DNA of 64,000 bases, from the NCBI GenBank assembly GCA_041690595.1, contig JAWLHB010000017.1, forward strand, positions 62,001 to 126,000, written 5' to 3'. Shown piece after piece: positions 50,185-60,896 of the stretch. Made by a program: the position numbers and the translations under genes. Within the stretch, counting starts at the first letter, position 1, and each line of letters starts with the position of its first letter. The notes beneath the pieces are model-generated. The model was not told the DNA's origin and ran no database searches. It worked only from the letters and a program-made list of their open reading frames with translations. This stretch comes from Lentisphaeria bacterium. GTDB lineage: Bacteria > Verrucomicrobiota > Lentisphaeria > JABSQK01 > JAWLHB01.

Positions 50185-51993
50185 TCAATAGTCGGCGAGA
50201 TTGTCCATGATGAACTGTCGACGGGCGGGGGTATTGGTGCCCATGAAGAATTCGAGGATCTCGGGGACCTCATTGATCTTGTCAATGGTGATGGTGGTAA
50301 GGCGGATATCGTTGCCGATGAACTGCCCGAATTCGTTGGGGGAGATTTCCCCGAGCCCTTTGAAGCGGGTGATCTCGGCGTTGCGGCCAATCTCGCGGAT
50401 GGCGGTCTCGCGTTCGTCATCGTCGTAGCAATAGAAGGTGCGCTTCTTGTCGCGGACGCGGTAGAGAGGGGTTTCCAGGATGAAGAGGTGTTCGGAGAGG
50501 ATGAGTTCCCGGAAGTAGTAGAGGAAGAAGGTGATGAGGAGGTTGCGAATGTGCATGCCGTCATCGTCCGCATCGGTGGCGATGATAATCTTCTCGTAGC
50601 GCAGGCCTTCCAGCCCGTCCTCGATGTTGAGAGCCTGCATGATGCAGTAGAATTCGTCGTTGCTGATGACGAGGTCGCGCTTCTTGCCAAAGCAGTTTAG
50701 AGGCTTTCCCTTGAGGGGGAAGATGGCCTGGCGGTAAACATCGCGGCATGAGATCATGGATCCAGCGGCGGATTCACCCTCGGTGAGGAAGAGCATGGTC
50801 TTGGCGCCGCGATCACCCTTGTCGTCGAGATGGTACTTGCTGTCCTTGAGCTTTGGAATCTTGAGAGCGATCTTCTTGGCCTTGTCCTTGCTGGCCTTCT
50901 TGACCGCCTGGATCTCCTTGCGGTACTTCTCGTTCTGGCCGATCTTCTCGAGGACGGCCTCGGCGATATTCGCGTGCTGATGGAGGTACTTGACGATCGC
51001 CTGCTTCACCTTGTTGACGATATCGCCGCGGATCTCGGAGTTGCCCAGCTTGTTCTTGGTCTGCGACTCGAAGATGGGATCCTTGAGCTTGATGGCGATG
51101 GCGCCAACGATGCCATTGCGGACATCGTCCCCATCGAAGTTCTTGCGGGCGAACTCGTTGATTCCCTTGAGGATGCCTTCTCGGAAGGCGGACTGATGGG
51201 TGCCACCGTCATTCGTGTACTGGCCATTGACAAAGGAGTAGTAGGTTTCGCCAAACTCGGGGGTGTGGCAGAAAGCGAACTCGATCTGGCGCTCGCGATA
51301 ATGGACGATCTCGTAAAGAGCCTCATCTTCGAGCTTGTCGGAGAGCAGGTCGTAGAGGCCCTGGCGGGAGAAGATGCGTTCGCCGTTGAAAACGAGGGTG
51401 AGGCCACTGTTGAGGTAGGCATAGTTCCAGAGGCGGCGCTTGATGAACTGATCGCCGAACTTGTAGTTGGGGAAAAGCTCGTCGTCGGGGTGGAAGACGA
51501 TGAGGGTGCCGTTCTCCTGATCCGCTTTGCCCTCTTCCTGATTGACCAGGGTGCCTTTGGCGAAGGTGGCCGAGCGGTAGGCCCCTTCGCGGTAGGAGGT
51601 AACCGTAAAGCGGCTGGAGAGGGCATTGACTGCCTTGGTTCCTACGCCATTGAGACCGACGGAGAACTGGAAGACGTCGTCATTGAATTTGGCGCCGGTG
51701 TTGATCTGGGAGACGCACTCGACGATTTTGCCAAGAGGGATGCCGCGGCCATAGTCGCGAATGGTGGCTATCGTATCGTCGACGTCTACTTCGACACGCT
51801 TGCCGTGCCCCATGATGAATTCGTCGACGGCGTTGTCGATGACTTCCTTTATCAGGATGTAAACGCCGTCGTCCTGGTGGCTCCCGTTACCCATTCGCCC
51901 GATGTACATGCCGGGCCGCAAGCGGATGTGATCGAGCGAGCTGAGGGTCTTGATCTTACTCTCGTCGTAAACAGCGGAGGCTTCATTAGCCAT
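50185..51993 (-). CDS. parE: DNA topoisomerase IV subunit B
   Basis: IRLRPGMYIG, EVIDNAVDE, TEGESA, PLKGKPLN, ATDADDDG, RFKGLGE; start re-placed to ATG 51993. Confidence 0.92.
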   Translation of the reverse strand: MANEASAVYDESKIKTLSSLDHIRLRPGMYIGRMGNGSHQDDGVYILIKEVIDNAVDEFIMGHGKRVEVDVDDTIATIRDYGRGIPLGKIVECVSQINTGAKFNDDVFQFSVGLNGVGTKAVNALSSRFTVTSYREGAYRSATFAKGTLVNQEEGKADQENGTLIVFHPDDELFPNYKFGDQFIKRRLWNYAYLNSGLTLVFNGERIFSRQGLYDLLSDKLEDEALYEIVHYRERQIEFAFCHTPEFGETYYSFVNGQYTNDGGTHQSAFREGILKGINEFARKNFDGDDVRNGIVGAIAIKLKDPIFESQTKNKLGNSEIRGDIVNKVKQAIVKYLHQHANIAEAVLEKIGQNEKYRKEIQAVKKASKDKAKKIALKIPKLKDSKYHLDDKGDRGAKTMLFLTEGESAAGSMISCRDVYRQAIFPLKGKPLNCFGKKRDLVISNDEFYCIMQALNIEDGLEGLRYEKIIIATDADDDGMHIRNLLITFFLYYFRELILSEHLFILETPLYRVRDKKRTFYCYDDDERETAIREIGRNAEITRFKGLGEISPNEFGQFIGNDIRLTTITIDKINEVPEILEFFMGTNTPARRQFIMDNLADY

Positions 51994-52201
51994 GGACGCA
52001 AACTCTCCGGGCACTACATGTTGGGTCACTGGGATGTACAGATCCATTATATGGTGTCGCGCAGCTTTTTCAAGCAGAAGTCTACCGGTCCAGGCGAGGA
52101 GCCGATAGTCATCTTGTGCTGGATATGAGGCGGGACCAGAGGGATTCGTGCGGGTGATGGAGGTGTGGCCAGTGGACATCTGGAGAGGTTCCAGAACTTA
52201 A

Positions 52202-52291
52202 TCGTGCAAAAGTTCACGAAAGCGCTTGACGAAGTGGATCAGCCCCCTTATCTTAATCGTGAACATTGTAACGATGTGAAAATGATAACGC
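52202..52291 (+). promoter_or_regulatory. sigma70 promoter flanked by three Rex operator boxes
   Basis: TTGACG-N17-TATCTT (52226-52254). Boxes TCGTGCA-AAAG-TTCACGA (52202-52219), TCGTGAA-CATT-GTAACGA (52257-52274) and ATGTGAA-AATG-ATAACGC (52274-52291) match the consensus TTGTGAA-N4-TTCACAA to varying degrees. Confidence 0.8.
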
Positions 52292-52322
52292 AGCGATACC
52301 CGAAGAAAAGGGAGCCTTCCGA

Positions 52323-52964
52323 ATGACAACCACAATCTCGAAACGGACGTTGGAGCGCCTGAGTCTGTATCGGCGGTTGTTGTCGGATCGTCTGGGCAAA
52401 GAGTCGCCGTTCATCTTTTCACATCAACTGGCGAAGCTGGTACAGGTAACGTCATCGCAGGTGCGTCGTGACATCATGGTAACGGGCTGTTTCGGGAATC
52501 CGACGCGCGGGTATCGAGTGGAGGATCTGATCGAAGCGATTGGCAAGATCGTGGATGCGGAAGAGCCTCAGAATGTGGTGCTGGTAGGGATCGGCAAGCT
52601 TGGCAGCGCGCTGATGAACCATTTCCACGGTCGTCGGCCGAATCTGCGGATCAAGGCGGCGTTCGATTCGTCACCAGAACGGATAAACCGGATCTATCAG
52701 GGGGTGCGCTGCTACGGCATGCAGGACTTGGCGCAGGTCATCCGGGACGAGTCGGCGTATGCGGCAATCCTGACGGTGCCCGGCGATGTCGCGCAGCAGG
52801 TGGCCAATCAGTTGGTCATGGCGGGGATCCGGGGAATTCTGAATTTTGCGCCGGTTCCCCTGCACCTGCCGGGGAATGTATATGTGGAGGTGATCGATCT
52901 GACCACCTCGCTGGAAAAAGTCACCTTTTTCGCCCGCCAGAGTGCGGGAGCACAAGTGTCGTAG
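52323..52964 (+). CDS. rex: Redox-sensing transcriptional repressor Rex
   Basis: RLSLYRR, SQVRRD, VGIGKLGSAL, GILNFAP. Confidence 0.95.
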   Translation: MTTTISKRTLERLSLYRRLLSDRLGKESPFIFSHQLAKLVQVTSSQVRRDIMVTGCFGNPTRGYRVEDLIEAIGKIVDAEEPQNVVLVGIGKLGSALMNHFHGRRPNLRIKAAFDSSPERINRIYQGVRCYGMQDLAQVIRDESAYAAILTVPGDVAQQVANQLVMAGIRGILNFAPVPLHLPGNVYVEVIDLTTSLEKVTFFARQSAGAQVS

Positions 52965-52994
52965 ACGATCACACATGGGGAGTAACAAGGAGTT

Positions 52995-53477
52995 ATGCAG
53001 ACAACCACATTGGATGCAGTGGATGCGGTCCTGGCAAATCATCCGAACGCCGGACGTGACAGCCTGATTCCGATCCTGCAGGAAGTGCAGGAGCTGAACG
53101 GCTTTCTTTCGGAAGAGTCGGTGGTGCGGATCGGGCAGCACCTGAAGCTGCCGGCGACGAAGATTTACGGTGTCGCGACATTCTACAACCAGTTCCGCTT
53201 TCGGGCGAAGGGGAAATACCACATCATGGTGTGCCGGGGAACCGCATGCCACGTGAAGGGCTCAGCGAAGGTTCTGGAGAACGTGAAGCGGATTCTGGGG
53301 GTGGAATCCGGCGAGACGACGCGGGACGGGATCTTCAGCCTGGAAGAAGTGGCCTGCATCGGCGCCTGCGGCCTGGCCCCCGTGATCTGCGTGAATGGGG
53401 AGTTCCATGCTAAGGTGACGCCGAAGAGCCTGGAGAAGATCTTGAAAGAGTATCGCGACAAGGAGAGCACCCGATGA
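52995..53477 (+). CDS. hydC: [FeFe]-hydrogenase NuoE-like subunit (HydC/HndA)
   Basis: GVATFYNQF, VCRGTACHVKG, ACIGACGLAP. Confidence 0.92.
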   Translation: MQTTTLDAVDAVLANHPNAGRDSLIPILQEVQELNGFLSEESVVRIGQHLKLPATKIYGVATFYNQFRFRAKGKYHIMVCRGTACHVKGSAKVLENVKRILGVESGETTRDGIFSLEEVACIGACGLAPVICVNGEFHAKVTPKSLEKILKEYRDKESTR

Positions 53478-55456
53478 GTGCAGTAGCCGAAAAAGAATGT
53501 AGTCCCGCATGCTGGGAAAAAGCCGACTGGCCCGCCGCGGAGATGTACAGCGAACTGAAGAGCGGTCCTTTCGACGCGGAAGTCCCGGAGAAAAATGCAG
53601 CCCTGTTGTCGACGTTGCGCCGAGACGCGGTGACTCGCCCCGTCGTCTTTATCGGTGCGGGCACGTGCGGGCTGGGTGCCGGCGCGGGCAAGACTCTGGA
53701 GGCCATCCGCAATCTGCTGCGGGTCAAGGAGATTGAAGCGGACGTGGTGGAGGTAGGGTGCATCGGCCTGTGCGCGGCAGAGCCACAGGTGGATGTGCAG
53801 CTTCCCGGACGGACGCGGCTATCCTTTGCAAACGTCACGGCTGACCGGGTCGCGGAGTTGATGGAAGGCGTCTTCGGCGGCGAGTTGCCGATGGACTTGG
53901 TCCTGGGCCAATTTCGCGGTGAGGCGGCAAGCTGGGACGCGGTTCCCTATCTGGACGAGCTTCCGTTCTTTGCTCCCCAGAAGCGCTGGGTTCTGGCAAG
54001 CTGCGGGTTGATCGATCCGAGCAGCATCGACGAATACATCGCGCGCGGCGGATACAGCGGGCTGCTGAAGGTTCTGCGGACGCAGACGCCGATCGAGTTC
54101 TGCGTGACGGTGGAGAAAAGCGGCCTTCGCGGACGTGGAGGCGGCGGCTTCCCAACCGGGGTGAAATGGAAGATCGCTTCGGCCGCGGCAGGCGACCAGA
54201 AGTATCTGGTGTGCAACGCGGACGAGGGAGATCCAGGCGCGTTCATGGATCGCGCGGTAATCGAAGGGGATCCGCATCGACTGCTGGAAGGGATGGCCCT
54301 GGCGGCGTACGCGATAGGAGCGAACAAAGGGTACATCTACATACGGGCGGAATATCCTCTGGCGATCGCCCGATTGAAGGTAGCCATCGAGCAAGGGAAA
54401 GCTTACGGAGTGTTGGGTGACAACATCTTCGGGAGCGGTTTTGACTTTCATCTGATCATCAAGCAGGGCGCCGGCGCATTTGTCTGCGGAGAAGAGACGG
54501 CACTGCTGCACAGTATTGAAGGAAAGCGGGGTATGCCGCGGCCACGGCCGCCCTACCCTGCTACCGACGGACTCTTCCACAAGCCCACTGTCATCAACAA
54601 CGTTGAGACGCTGGCTAACGTACCTGGGATCGCGATGCATGGGGATGCATGGTTCAACTCAGTGGGGACTGAGGGTAGTAAAGGTACGAAGGTCTTCGCG
54701 CTCTCCGGAAAAGTTGAGCGCACTGGGCTTGTGGAAGTACCCATGGGTACCACCGTCCGCCAGATCCTGTTCGAGGTGGGCGGGGGTATTGCCAACGGCA
54801 AGAAGAGCAAGGCGGTGCAGATCGGCGGCCCATCTGGCGGCTGCATCCCAACAGCCCAGATGGACATCAAGGTGGACTACGAGTCGCTGAAGGCGTTCGG
54901 GGCCATGATGGGATCCGGCGGCCTGGTGGTGATGGACGAGGACACCTGCATGGTCGACGTGGCCAAGTTCTTCATGCAGTTCATCCAGCGAGAGAGCTGC
55001 GGCAAGTGCATACCGTGTCGCGAGGGAACGCGTCGCATTCTGGACATCCTGGAAGCGATTACCCGCGGCCGGAAGAGCGAACACGATCTGGATGCGCTGG
55101 TGCGCTTCCAAGGCGTGGTGACCGTCGAGAAACTGGCGCGAATCATCAAGGACACGAGCCTCTGCGGGCTGGGGATGACGGCGCCCAATCCGGTGCTCAG
55201 CACGCTGCGCTGGTTCCGGGATGAATACGAAGCGCACATCTATGAGCGCACCTGCCCGTCGCACGTCTGTACCGATCTGCTTACGTACAGCATCGATCAG
55301 GATCAGTGCACGGGTTGCACAATGTGCGCCAAGAAGTGCCCGACCGAAGCAATCATGGGAGCGAAGAAGTCGCCGCACTACATCGTTCCGGACAAGTGCA
55401 TAGGCTGCGGTTCGTGCATGGATGCCTGTAAATTCAACGCTGTCATTGTGGCATAA
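53474..55456 (+). CDS. hydB: [FeFe]-hydrogenase NuoF-like flavoprotein subunit (HydB/HndC)
   Basis: N-terminal thioredoxin-like 2Fe-2S domain; GRGGGGFP, NADEGDPGAFMDR, CGEET, GGPSGG, ESCGKC.PCR; C-terminal 2x[4Fe-4S]. Confidence 0.94.
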   Translation: MSAVAEKECSPACWEKADWPAAEMYSELKSGPFDAEVPEKNAALLSTLRRDAVTRPVVFIGAGTCGLGAGAGKTLEAIRNLLRVKEIEADVVEVGCIGLCAAEPQVDVQLPGRTRLSFANVTADRVAELMEGVFGGELPMDLVLGQFRGEAASWDAVPYLDELPFFAPQKRWVLASCGLIDPSSIDEYIARGGYSGLLKVLRTQTPIEFCVTVEKSGLRGRGGGGFPTGVKWKIASAAAGDQKYLVCNADEGDPGAFMDRAVIEGDPHRLLEGMALAAYAIGANKGYIYIRAEYPLAIARLKVAIEQGKAYGVLGDNIFGSGFDFHLIIKQGAGAFVCGEETALLHSIEGKRGMPRPRPPYPATDGLFHKPTVINNVETLANVPGIAMHGDAWFNSVGTEGSKGTKVFALSGKVERTGLVEVPMGTTVRQILFEVGGGIANGKKSKAVQIGGPSGGCIPTAQMDIKVDYESLKAFGAMMGSGGLVVMDEDTCMVDVAKFFMQFIQRESCGKCIPCREGTRRILDILEAITRGRKSEHDLDALVRFQGVVTVEKLARIIKDTSLCGLGMTAPNPVLSTLRWFRDEYEAHIYERTCPSHVCTDLLTYSIDQDQCTGCTMCAKKCPTEAIMGAKKSPHYIVPDKCIGCGSCMDACKFNAVIVA

Positions 55457-55467
55457 GGGGACGAGAG

Positions 55468-57189
55468 ATGATCGACATCAAAGTCAATAATCGCACACTG
55501 CAGGCGCACGAGGGGGAGACAATCCTCGAGGCGGTACGCCGCGGTGGCATCAAGATACCGACATTGTGCCACGTGGACGGGTTGCCGCCTTCGGGCGCAT
55601 GCCGGATGTGTGTGGTGGACGTGGAGGGAGCACCTGGCCTGGTGCCGTCATGCAGCTTTCCGGTGCGGCCGGGCCTGGTGATCCAGACGCATTCGGCGCG
55701 GGCACTGGAAGCGCGCAAGGCGATCGTGGAACTGCTGCTGGCCAACCACCCCGACGATTGCCTGTACTGCGTCCGCAATGGAAACTGCGAATTGCAGCAC
55801 CTGGCGGAGGAACTCGGCGTGCGCCGGCGCATCTACAAGGGCAAGCGGCACGTCAGCAAGCAGGACGTCTCCAGTGCTTCGATTGTCCGCGACCCAGACA
55901 AATGCATCCTTTGCGGGAAGTGCGTGCGCGTCTGTGAGGAAGTTCAGGGCGTATCGGCGATCGACTTCATCAATCGCGGCTGCGAGGCCTTCGTGGGCAC
56001 TGCCTTCGATAAGGGACTGAACTTGTCGAGCTGCATCAACTGCGGGCAGTGCATCATGGTCTGCCCGACTGGTGCGTTGACGGAACAGCCGCACATCAAG
56101 CGGGTCATGAACGCACTGGCGGACCCGGAGATGATGGTGGTGGTGCAGCATGCGCCCAGCGTTTCGGTAACGATAGCCGAAGAATTCGGCATGAAGCCGG
56201 GTACTGACGCGGACGGAGCGATGGTCACGGCGATGCGACGCATGGGCTTCGACCGGGTCTTCGACACCTCCTTCTCGGCCGACTTGACGATCATGGAAGA
56301 AGCGGCGGAGCTGGTACACCGCGTCACGACCGGCGGCAAACTGCCGCTGATGACGAGTTGCTCGCCTGGATGGATCAAGTACGTGGAGCAGTTCCACCCC
56401 GACTTCATCGACAACCTGTCGACATGCAAGAGCCCCCAGCAGATGATGGGCGCCATCATCAAGAGCTACTGGGCACAGTTGGAGAAGATCGATCCCGACA
56501 AGATCTTCAGTGTCGCGGTCATGCCATGTGTGGCGAAGAAGTTCGAGGCCGGTCGTCCCGAGCATGGGACGAATGGACGGCCCGACATCGACGCGGTGCT
56601 GACGACGCGCGAGCTGGCGCAGATGATCAAGACGCGCGGTCTGGATCTGAACGAACTGGAGGCAGGCGCCGCCGATTCGCCGCTGGGCGAACGGAGCACC
56701 GCCGGCAAGATCTTTGGAGCGACCGGCGGCGTGATGGAAGCGGCACTGCGTACCGGGTACTTCATGCTTACGGGCAAGGAACTCGAGGAGCTGCGCTTCA
56801 AGCAACTGCGCGGGGTCAAGGGCATCAAGGAAGCCCACGTCGAGATCAATGGTCTGACGGTGGGGGTGGCGGTGGCAAGCGGCCTGCAGAATGCGCAGCA
56901 GTTGCTGGAGCAGCTGAAGCAGGGACGCAGCGACCTTCACTTCATCGAGGTGATGACCTGCCCGGGCGGTTGCATAGCGGGAGGTGGCCAGCCGATAGGA
57001 ACGGACATCGAGCGGGTGCAGGCACGCATGAAGGCCCTGTACGCCATCGACCGTGACGAACCGATCCGGACGAGCCACGGCAACAAGTGGGTCGCGAAGC
57101 TGTACGACGACTTCCTCGGCAAGCCGTTGGGAGAAAAGAGCCACGAGTTGTTGCATACACATTACCACAAGCGTCATGTACTGACCTGA
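55468..57189 (+). CDS. hydA: [FeFe]-hydrogenase catalytic subunit, group A (HydA/HndD)
   Basis: F-clusters plus H-cluster motifs TSCSPGW, MPCVAKKFE and EVMTCPGGCIAGGGQP; ends LLHTHY. Confidence 0.96.
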   Translation: MIDIKVNNRTLQAHEGETILEAVRRGGIKIPTLCHVDGLPPSGACRMCVVDVEGAPGLVPSCSFPVRPGLVIQTHSARALEARKAIVELLLANHPDDCLYCVRNGNCELQHLAEELGVRRRIYKGKRHVSKQDVSSASIVRDPDKCILCGKCVRVCEEVQGVSAIDFINRGCEAFVGTAFDKGLNLSSCINCGQCIMVCPTGALTEQPHIKRVMNALADPEMMVVVQHAPSVSVTIAEEFGMKPGTDADGAMVTAMRRMGFDRVFDTSFSADLTIMEEAAELVHRVTTGGKLPLMTSCSPGWIKYVEQFHPDFIDNLSTCKSPQQMMGAIIKSYWAQLEKIDPDKIFSVAVMPCVAKKFEAGRPEHGTNGRPDIDAVLTTRELAQMIKTRGLDLNELEAGAADSPLGERSTAGKIFGATGGVMEAALRTGYFMLTGKELEELRFKQLRGVKGIKEAHVEINGLTVGVAVASGLQNAQQLLEQLKQGRSDLHFIEVMTCPGGCIAGGGQPIGTDIERVQARMKALYAIDRDEPIRTSHGNKWVAKLYDDFLGKPLGEKSHELLHTHYHKRHVLT

Positions 57190-57205
57190 TCTGACCGAAC
57201 CACCC

Positions 57206-57257
57206 GTGGCCGGCGGGACCTTCTCCGCCCTCCTACTGTCTCGCCGGCCACCTTTAT
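57206..57257 (+). terminator. Stem-loop between hydA and the sensory module
   Basis: GTGGCCGGCGGGAC...GTCTCGCCGGCCAC (14 bp including G-U) followed by CTTTATT. Confidence 0.55.
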
Positions 57258-57289
57258 TCACTTGTCCGAGGGCAAAACCCGAGCTGACC

Positions 57290-59314
57290 ATGACTCGCAT
57301 CGTAGCCCCACCCTTGATCACGACAATTGGCGAACGCTGCCGCGTCTGCTATACGTGCGTGCGTGAGTGTCCGGCCAAAGCGATACGGATCGAGGATGGA
57401 CGTGCGGATGTGATCAGCGATCGTTGCATCGGCTGTGCCAACTGCATCAAGGTGTGCGCGCGCAACGCCAAGCAGGCGCGCAGTTCGATACCGATCGTTG
57501 AGGAGTTACTGCAATCGGGAGTTAAGGTGGCGGCCATGCTGGCGCCGAGCTTCCCAGCGGAGTTCGAAGGGACGGATGCGAGGTTGGTGGCGGGGATGGT
57601 GCGGCGCCTGGGATTCGACCCGGTGTGTGAAGTGGCCTATGGCGCCGACCTGGTGGCGGCGGAATACAAGCGTTTGCGCCAGGAGCAACCGAACCGGCAG
57701 ATGATCGCGACCACCTGTCCCGCATTGGTGCGGTACGTGGAGAAGTACTATCCCGGTTTGGTGGATGCTCTGGCGCCAATCGTGTCACCGATGATCGCGA
57801 TGGCGCGAGTCCTGCACCATCTGCACGGGAGCGACCTGCGAATTGTCTTTATCGGGCCTTGCCTGGCCAAGAAACAGGAAGCGCGCGACCCGTTTGTGGA
57901 GGGCGAGGTGAATGGCTGCCTGACCTTTTCCGAGTTGCGAACGATGCTGAAGGAGCGAGGCATTGACAGCGGCAACACCGAGCTCGATGCCTTTGACCCG
58001 CCAATGCCCGGAATGGGGGTGCTTTTCCCAATGAGCCGGGGCATGCTGCAGGCCGCAGACATGCCGGAGGATCTGATCAATGGTGATGTAGTCGCGGCGG
58101 ATGGACGTGAGAGTTTCACGCAGGCGATCAAGGATTTCGAGTCTCATGCACTGGAGGCTGGCCTGCTGGAAGTGCTGTGCTGCAACGGCTGCATCATGGG
58201 TGCGGGAATGACGAGCGAAGCGCCACTGTTCCGTCGACGCGCCAGCGTGAGCCGATACGCGCGCCAGCGGTTGCGGGAGGTGGGGGAGAGGAGCGATCCA
58301 CCGGTGCCGGTGGACTTGTCTCGCAAGTATGAGGCGGACGATCAGAGGATCAATGTTCCGGCGGCGGACAGCCGGGTCGAGACGATTCTTCAGCGAATGG
58401 GCAAACAGCAGCCGGAAGACGAGCTGAACTGTGGCGCCTGTGGGTATGCTTCGTGCCGCGAGCACGCGGTGGCGATCGTGAAGGGGCTGGCGGAGAGCGA
58501 GATGTGCCTGCCATACACCATCGATCGCCTGAAGTGCACGATTCTGGATTTGAAACAGTCGAGCGATCAACTGGCCGGAGCGCAGGTGGCGTTGATGCAG
58601 GCGGAGCGGCTGGCGAGCATGGGGCAACTTGCGGCAGGCGTTGCGCATGAAGTGAACAATCCACTCGGGGTGGTGCTGCTGTATGCACACCTGCTGCTGG
58701 AGGATACGCCCGTGGATGCGCCGGGGCGTGCCGATCTACAGACGATCGTGGAAGAGGCGGATCGGTGCAAGAAGATCGTTTCGGGGCTGCTGAATTTCGC
58801 GCGCCGCAACAAACTGGCGTTACGCACGCAGAAACTGGCGGCGCTTATCGATCGATGCCTACATGTACTGCCGACGCCGGAGACCGTCAGGGTCGAGGCC
58901 ATCCACCATGCTCCAGAACTTGAAATCGCCCTCGATCCCGACCAGATTACGCAGGTACTCACCAATTTTGTCTCCAATGCAATAGGCGCCATGCCACACG
59001 GGGGAACCATCACCGTGAACACTGGCTTGGACGGGGAGATGGCTTACTTCGACGTGCAGGACACGGGTGAGGGAATTCCCGAGAAGCATCTCAGCAAGAT
59101 TTTCGAGCCCTTCTTCACGACCAAGGGGGTGAACAAGGGAACCGGGCTTGGCCTGGCAGTCATTTACGGCATCATCAAGATGCATCGCGGCAAGATCGAC
59201 GTGAAGTCGAATGCCGATCCGGCCCTGGGAGCGACCGGAACAACCTTCACCGTAAAACTTCCCTTAAATCTAAACGCAGAGGAAAGCGAAAGCGACTCGC
59301 AGTTCGACCTATGA
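57290..59314 (+). CDS. Sensory (group C-type) [FeFe]-hydrogenase domain fused to a histidine kinase
   Basis: 2x[4Fe-4S]; divergent H-cluster motifs [14 protein letters not shown] and [13 protein letters not shown]; FeS domain [10 protein letters not shown]; HisKA AHEVNNP; HATPase [14 protein letters not shown]. Confidence 0.9.
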   Translation: MTRIVAPPLITTIGERCRVCYTCVRECPAKAIRIEDGRADVISDRCIGCANCIKVCARNAKQARSSIPIVEELLQSGVKVAAMLAPSFPAEFEGTDARLVAGMVRRLGFDPVCEVAYGADLVAAEYKRLRQEQPNRQMIATTCPALVRYVEKYYPGLVDALAPIVSPMIAMARVLHHLHGSDLRIVFIGPCLAKKQEARDPFVEGEVNGCLTFSELRTMLKERGIDSGNTELDAFDPPMPGMGVLFPMSRGMLQAADMPEDLINGDVVAADGRESFTQAIKDFESHALEAGLLEVLCCNGCIMGAGMTSEAPLFRRRASVSRYARQRLREVGERSDPPVPVDLSRKYEADDQRINVPAADSRVETILQRMGKQQPEDELNCGACGYASCREHAVAIVKGLAESEMCLPYTIDRLKCTILDLKQSSDQLAGAQVALMQAERLASMGQLAAGVAHEVNNPLGVVLLYAHLLLEDTPVDAPGRADLQTIVEEADRCKKIVSGLLNFARRNKLALRTQKLAALIDRCLHVLPTPETVRVEAIHHAPELEIALDPDQITQVLTNFVSNAIGAMPHGGTITVNTGLDGEMAYFDVQDTGEGIPEKHLSKIFEPFFTTKGVNKGTGLGLAVIYGIIKMHRGKIDVKSNADPALGATGTTFTVKLPLNLNAEESESDSQFDL

Positions 59315-59703
59315 AAGACCACGCAAAAATAATGATAGTCGATGACGATATCGACGTGATCGAGCAGCTCACGCTGATGCTGGAAGCAACCGGATACGAA
59401 GTAACGAGCGCGGAGGCCCAGTCGGAGGCGGAAAAGCTGCTCGAGAACTACGAACCGGATGTGGCGGTAGTGGATCTGATGATGGAGAACATGGACTCCG
59501 GCTTTGTGCTGGCGCACCACATCAAACGTCGCTACCCGAAAACAGGCGTAATCATGCTGACGGCGGTGGCGTCCGAGACGGGCTTGGGCTTCGATGTTAC
59601 CACAAACGGCGAACGTTCGTGGGTGAAAGCCGATGTCCTGCTGGACAAACCGGTGCGGCACGAGCAGTTGAGAGCGGAAATCGAGCGGCTACTTCAGGAC
59701 TGA
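59311..59703 (+). CDS. Stand-alone response regulator receiver protein
   Basis: IVDDD, VVDLMM, MLTA, DKP. Confidence 0.92.
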   Translation: MKDHAKIMIVDDDIDVIEQLTLMLEATGYEVTSAEAQSEAEKLLENYEPDVAVVDLMMENMDSGFVLAHHIKRRYPKTGVIMLTAVASETGLGFDVTTNGERSWVKADVLLDKPVRHEQLRAEIERLLQD

Positions 59704-59705
59704 TC

Positions 59706-60869
59706 ATGGCAGACCGGCTCCAGGTACTGGCAGTTGACGACGAACCCAAGATGCGGCTGGGCATGGCCCGGGCGCTGAGGGATTTCGTCGTGGAGTTGCC
59801 GGATTTCGGCCGCAGTGTGCGTTTTGAAGTCAGTACAGCCGAGACGGGCGAGCAAGCGCTCGCCCACATTGCCGCCAATCCGGTGGACATCCTTCTGCTC
59901 GACCACAAACTGCCGGGGATGCAGGGGCTGGAAGTTCTGCAGAAGGTGACCGAGGACAAACTGGACATGGTGGTGGTGATGGTAACGGCTTACGCATCTA
60001 TAGCCACGGCGGTGAGCGCCGGCAAGCAGGGAGCCTTCGATTTCCTGGCAAAGCCCTTTACCCCGAGCGAGTTGAAGGATACGATCGAGAAGGCGACAAC
60101 ACACTTGATCGTGCAACGGAAGGCGCGACAGCTGGAGCGGGAGCGCCACCAGATGCGCTATCAACTCATTTCCGTCGTCGCGCATGAGTTGAAGTCGCCG
60201 CTCAATGCGATCGACAGCTATCTGCAGCTGATCAACGATCCGGAGTTGAAGTTGAGCGCCGACAAGATCACGCACATCGTGGATCGTTCGCACGATCGGC
60301 TGGAAGGGATGCGCAAGCTGATTAATGATCTGCTGGATCTGACGCGAATCGAATCGGGGCAGAAGAAGCGCAATTTGGTGACGGTGGATCTGACGCAGGT
60401 GACGCAGGAGCCGGTGGAGGACGCCATCGAGCTTGGCCGCGAGCATGCCATCACGGTAGAGACCGAGATGCCGCCATCCCTGCTTATGGAAGCGGATGAG
60501 GGTGAGCTGCGGATCATTCTGAACAATCTGCTGTCGAATGCCGTGAAGTACAATCGTGATGGCGGCAAAGTAATACTGCGGGTTGCGGATCTGGGAGATC
60601 AGGTCAGCATCGCGGTGACGGATACGGGCATCGGCTTGACACAGGCTGAAGCAGATCGGCTGTTCGGGGAATTCGTACGAATCCGTAACAAGAAGACGCG
60701 GGGGATCAGCGGCTCGGGGCTGGGGTTGTCGATCCTGCAGAAGCTGGCGCATCTTTACAAGGGACGTGTGGATCTGCGGTCGGAACCCGATGTCGGCAGT
60801 ACCTTCACCGTCTACCTTCACAAGCACACACAAGTCGAACTGGCCGAGAGCATCGCCGCGGAAGACTGA
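59706..60869 (+). CDS. Hybrid receiver-histidine kinase
   Basis: AVDDE, LLDHKLP and AKPF, then AHELKSPL, NLLSNAVKY, DTGIG and GSGLGL; start ATG 59706. Confidence 0.92.
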   Translation: MADRLQVLAVDDEPKMRLGMARALRDFVVELPDFGRSVRFEVSTAETGEQALAHIAANPVDILLLDHKLPGMQGLEVLQKVTEDKLDMVVVMVTAYASIATAVSAGKQGAFDFLAKPFTPSELKDTIEKATTHLIVQRKARQLERERHQMRYQLISVVAHELKSPLNAIDSYLQLINDPELKLSADKITHIVDRSHDRLEGMRKLINDLLDLTRIESGQKKRNLVTVDLTQVTQEPVEDAIELGREHAITVETEMPPSLLMEADEGELRIILNNLLSNAVKYNRDGGKVILRVADLGDQVSIAVTDTGIGLTQAEADRLFGEFVRIRNKKTRGISGSGLGLSILQKLAHLYKGRVDLRSEPDVGSTFTVYLHKHTQVELAESIAAED

Positions 60870-60896
60870 AGGCGCGCCGGCAAAGGCAATCAGGGC

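Noticed and set aside
47818..51993. Calling the pair gyrA/gyrB
   Set aside because: The short B subunit and an A-subunit CTD without a GyrA-box fit topoisomerase IV better.
47986..52128. 904-aa and 432-aa plus-strand ORFs
   Set aside because: Antisense to parC/parE; typical of high-GC codon bias.
56350..56375. TSCSPGW instead of TSCCP in HydA as an inactivating change
   Set aside because: C[CS]P is a known natural variant of this motif in group A enzymes.
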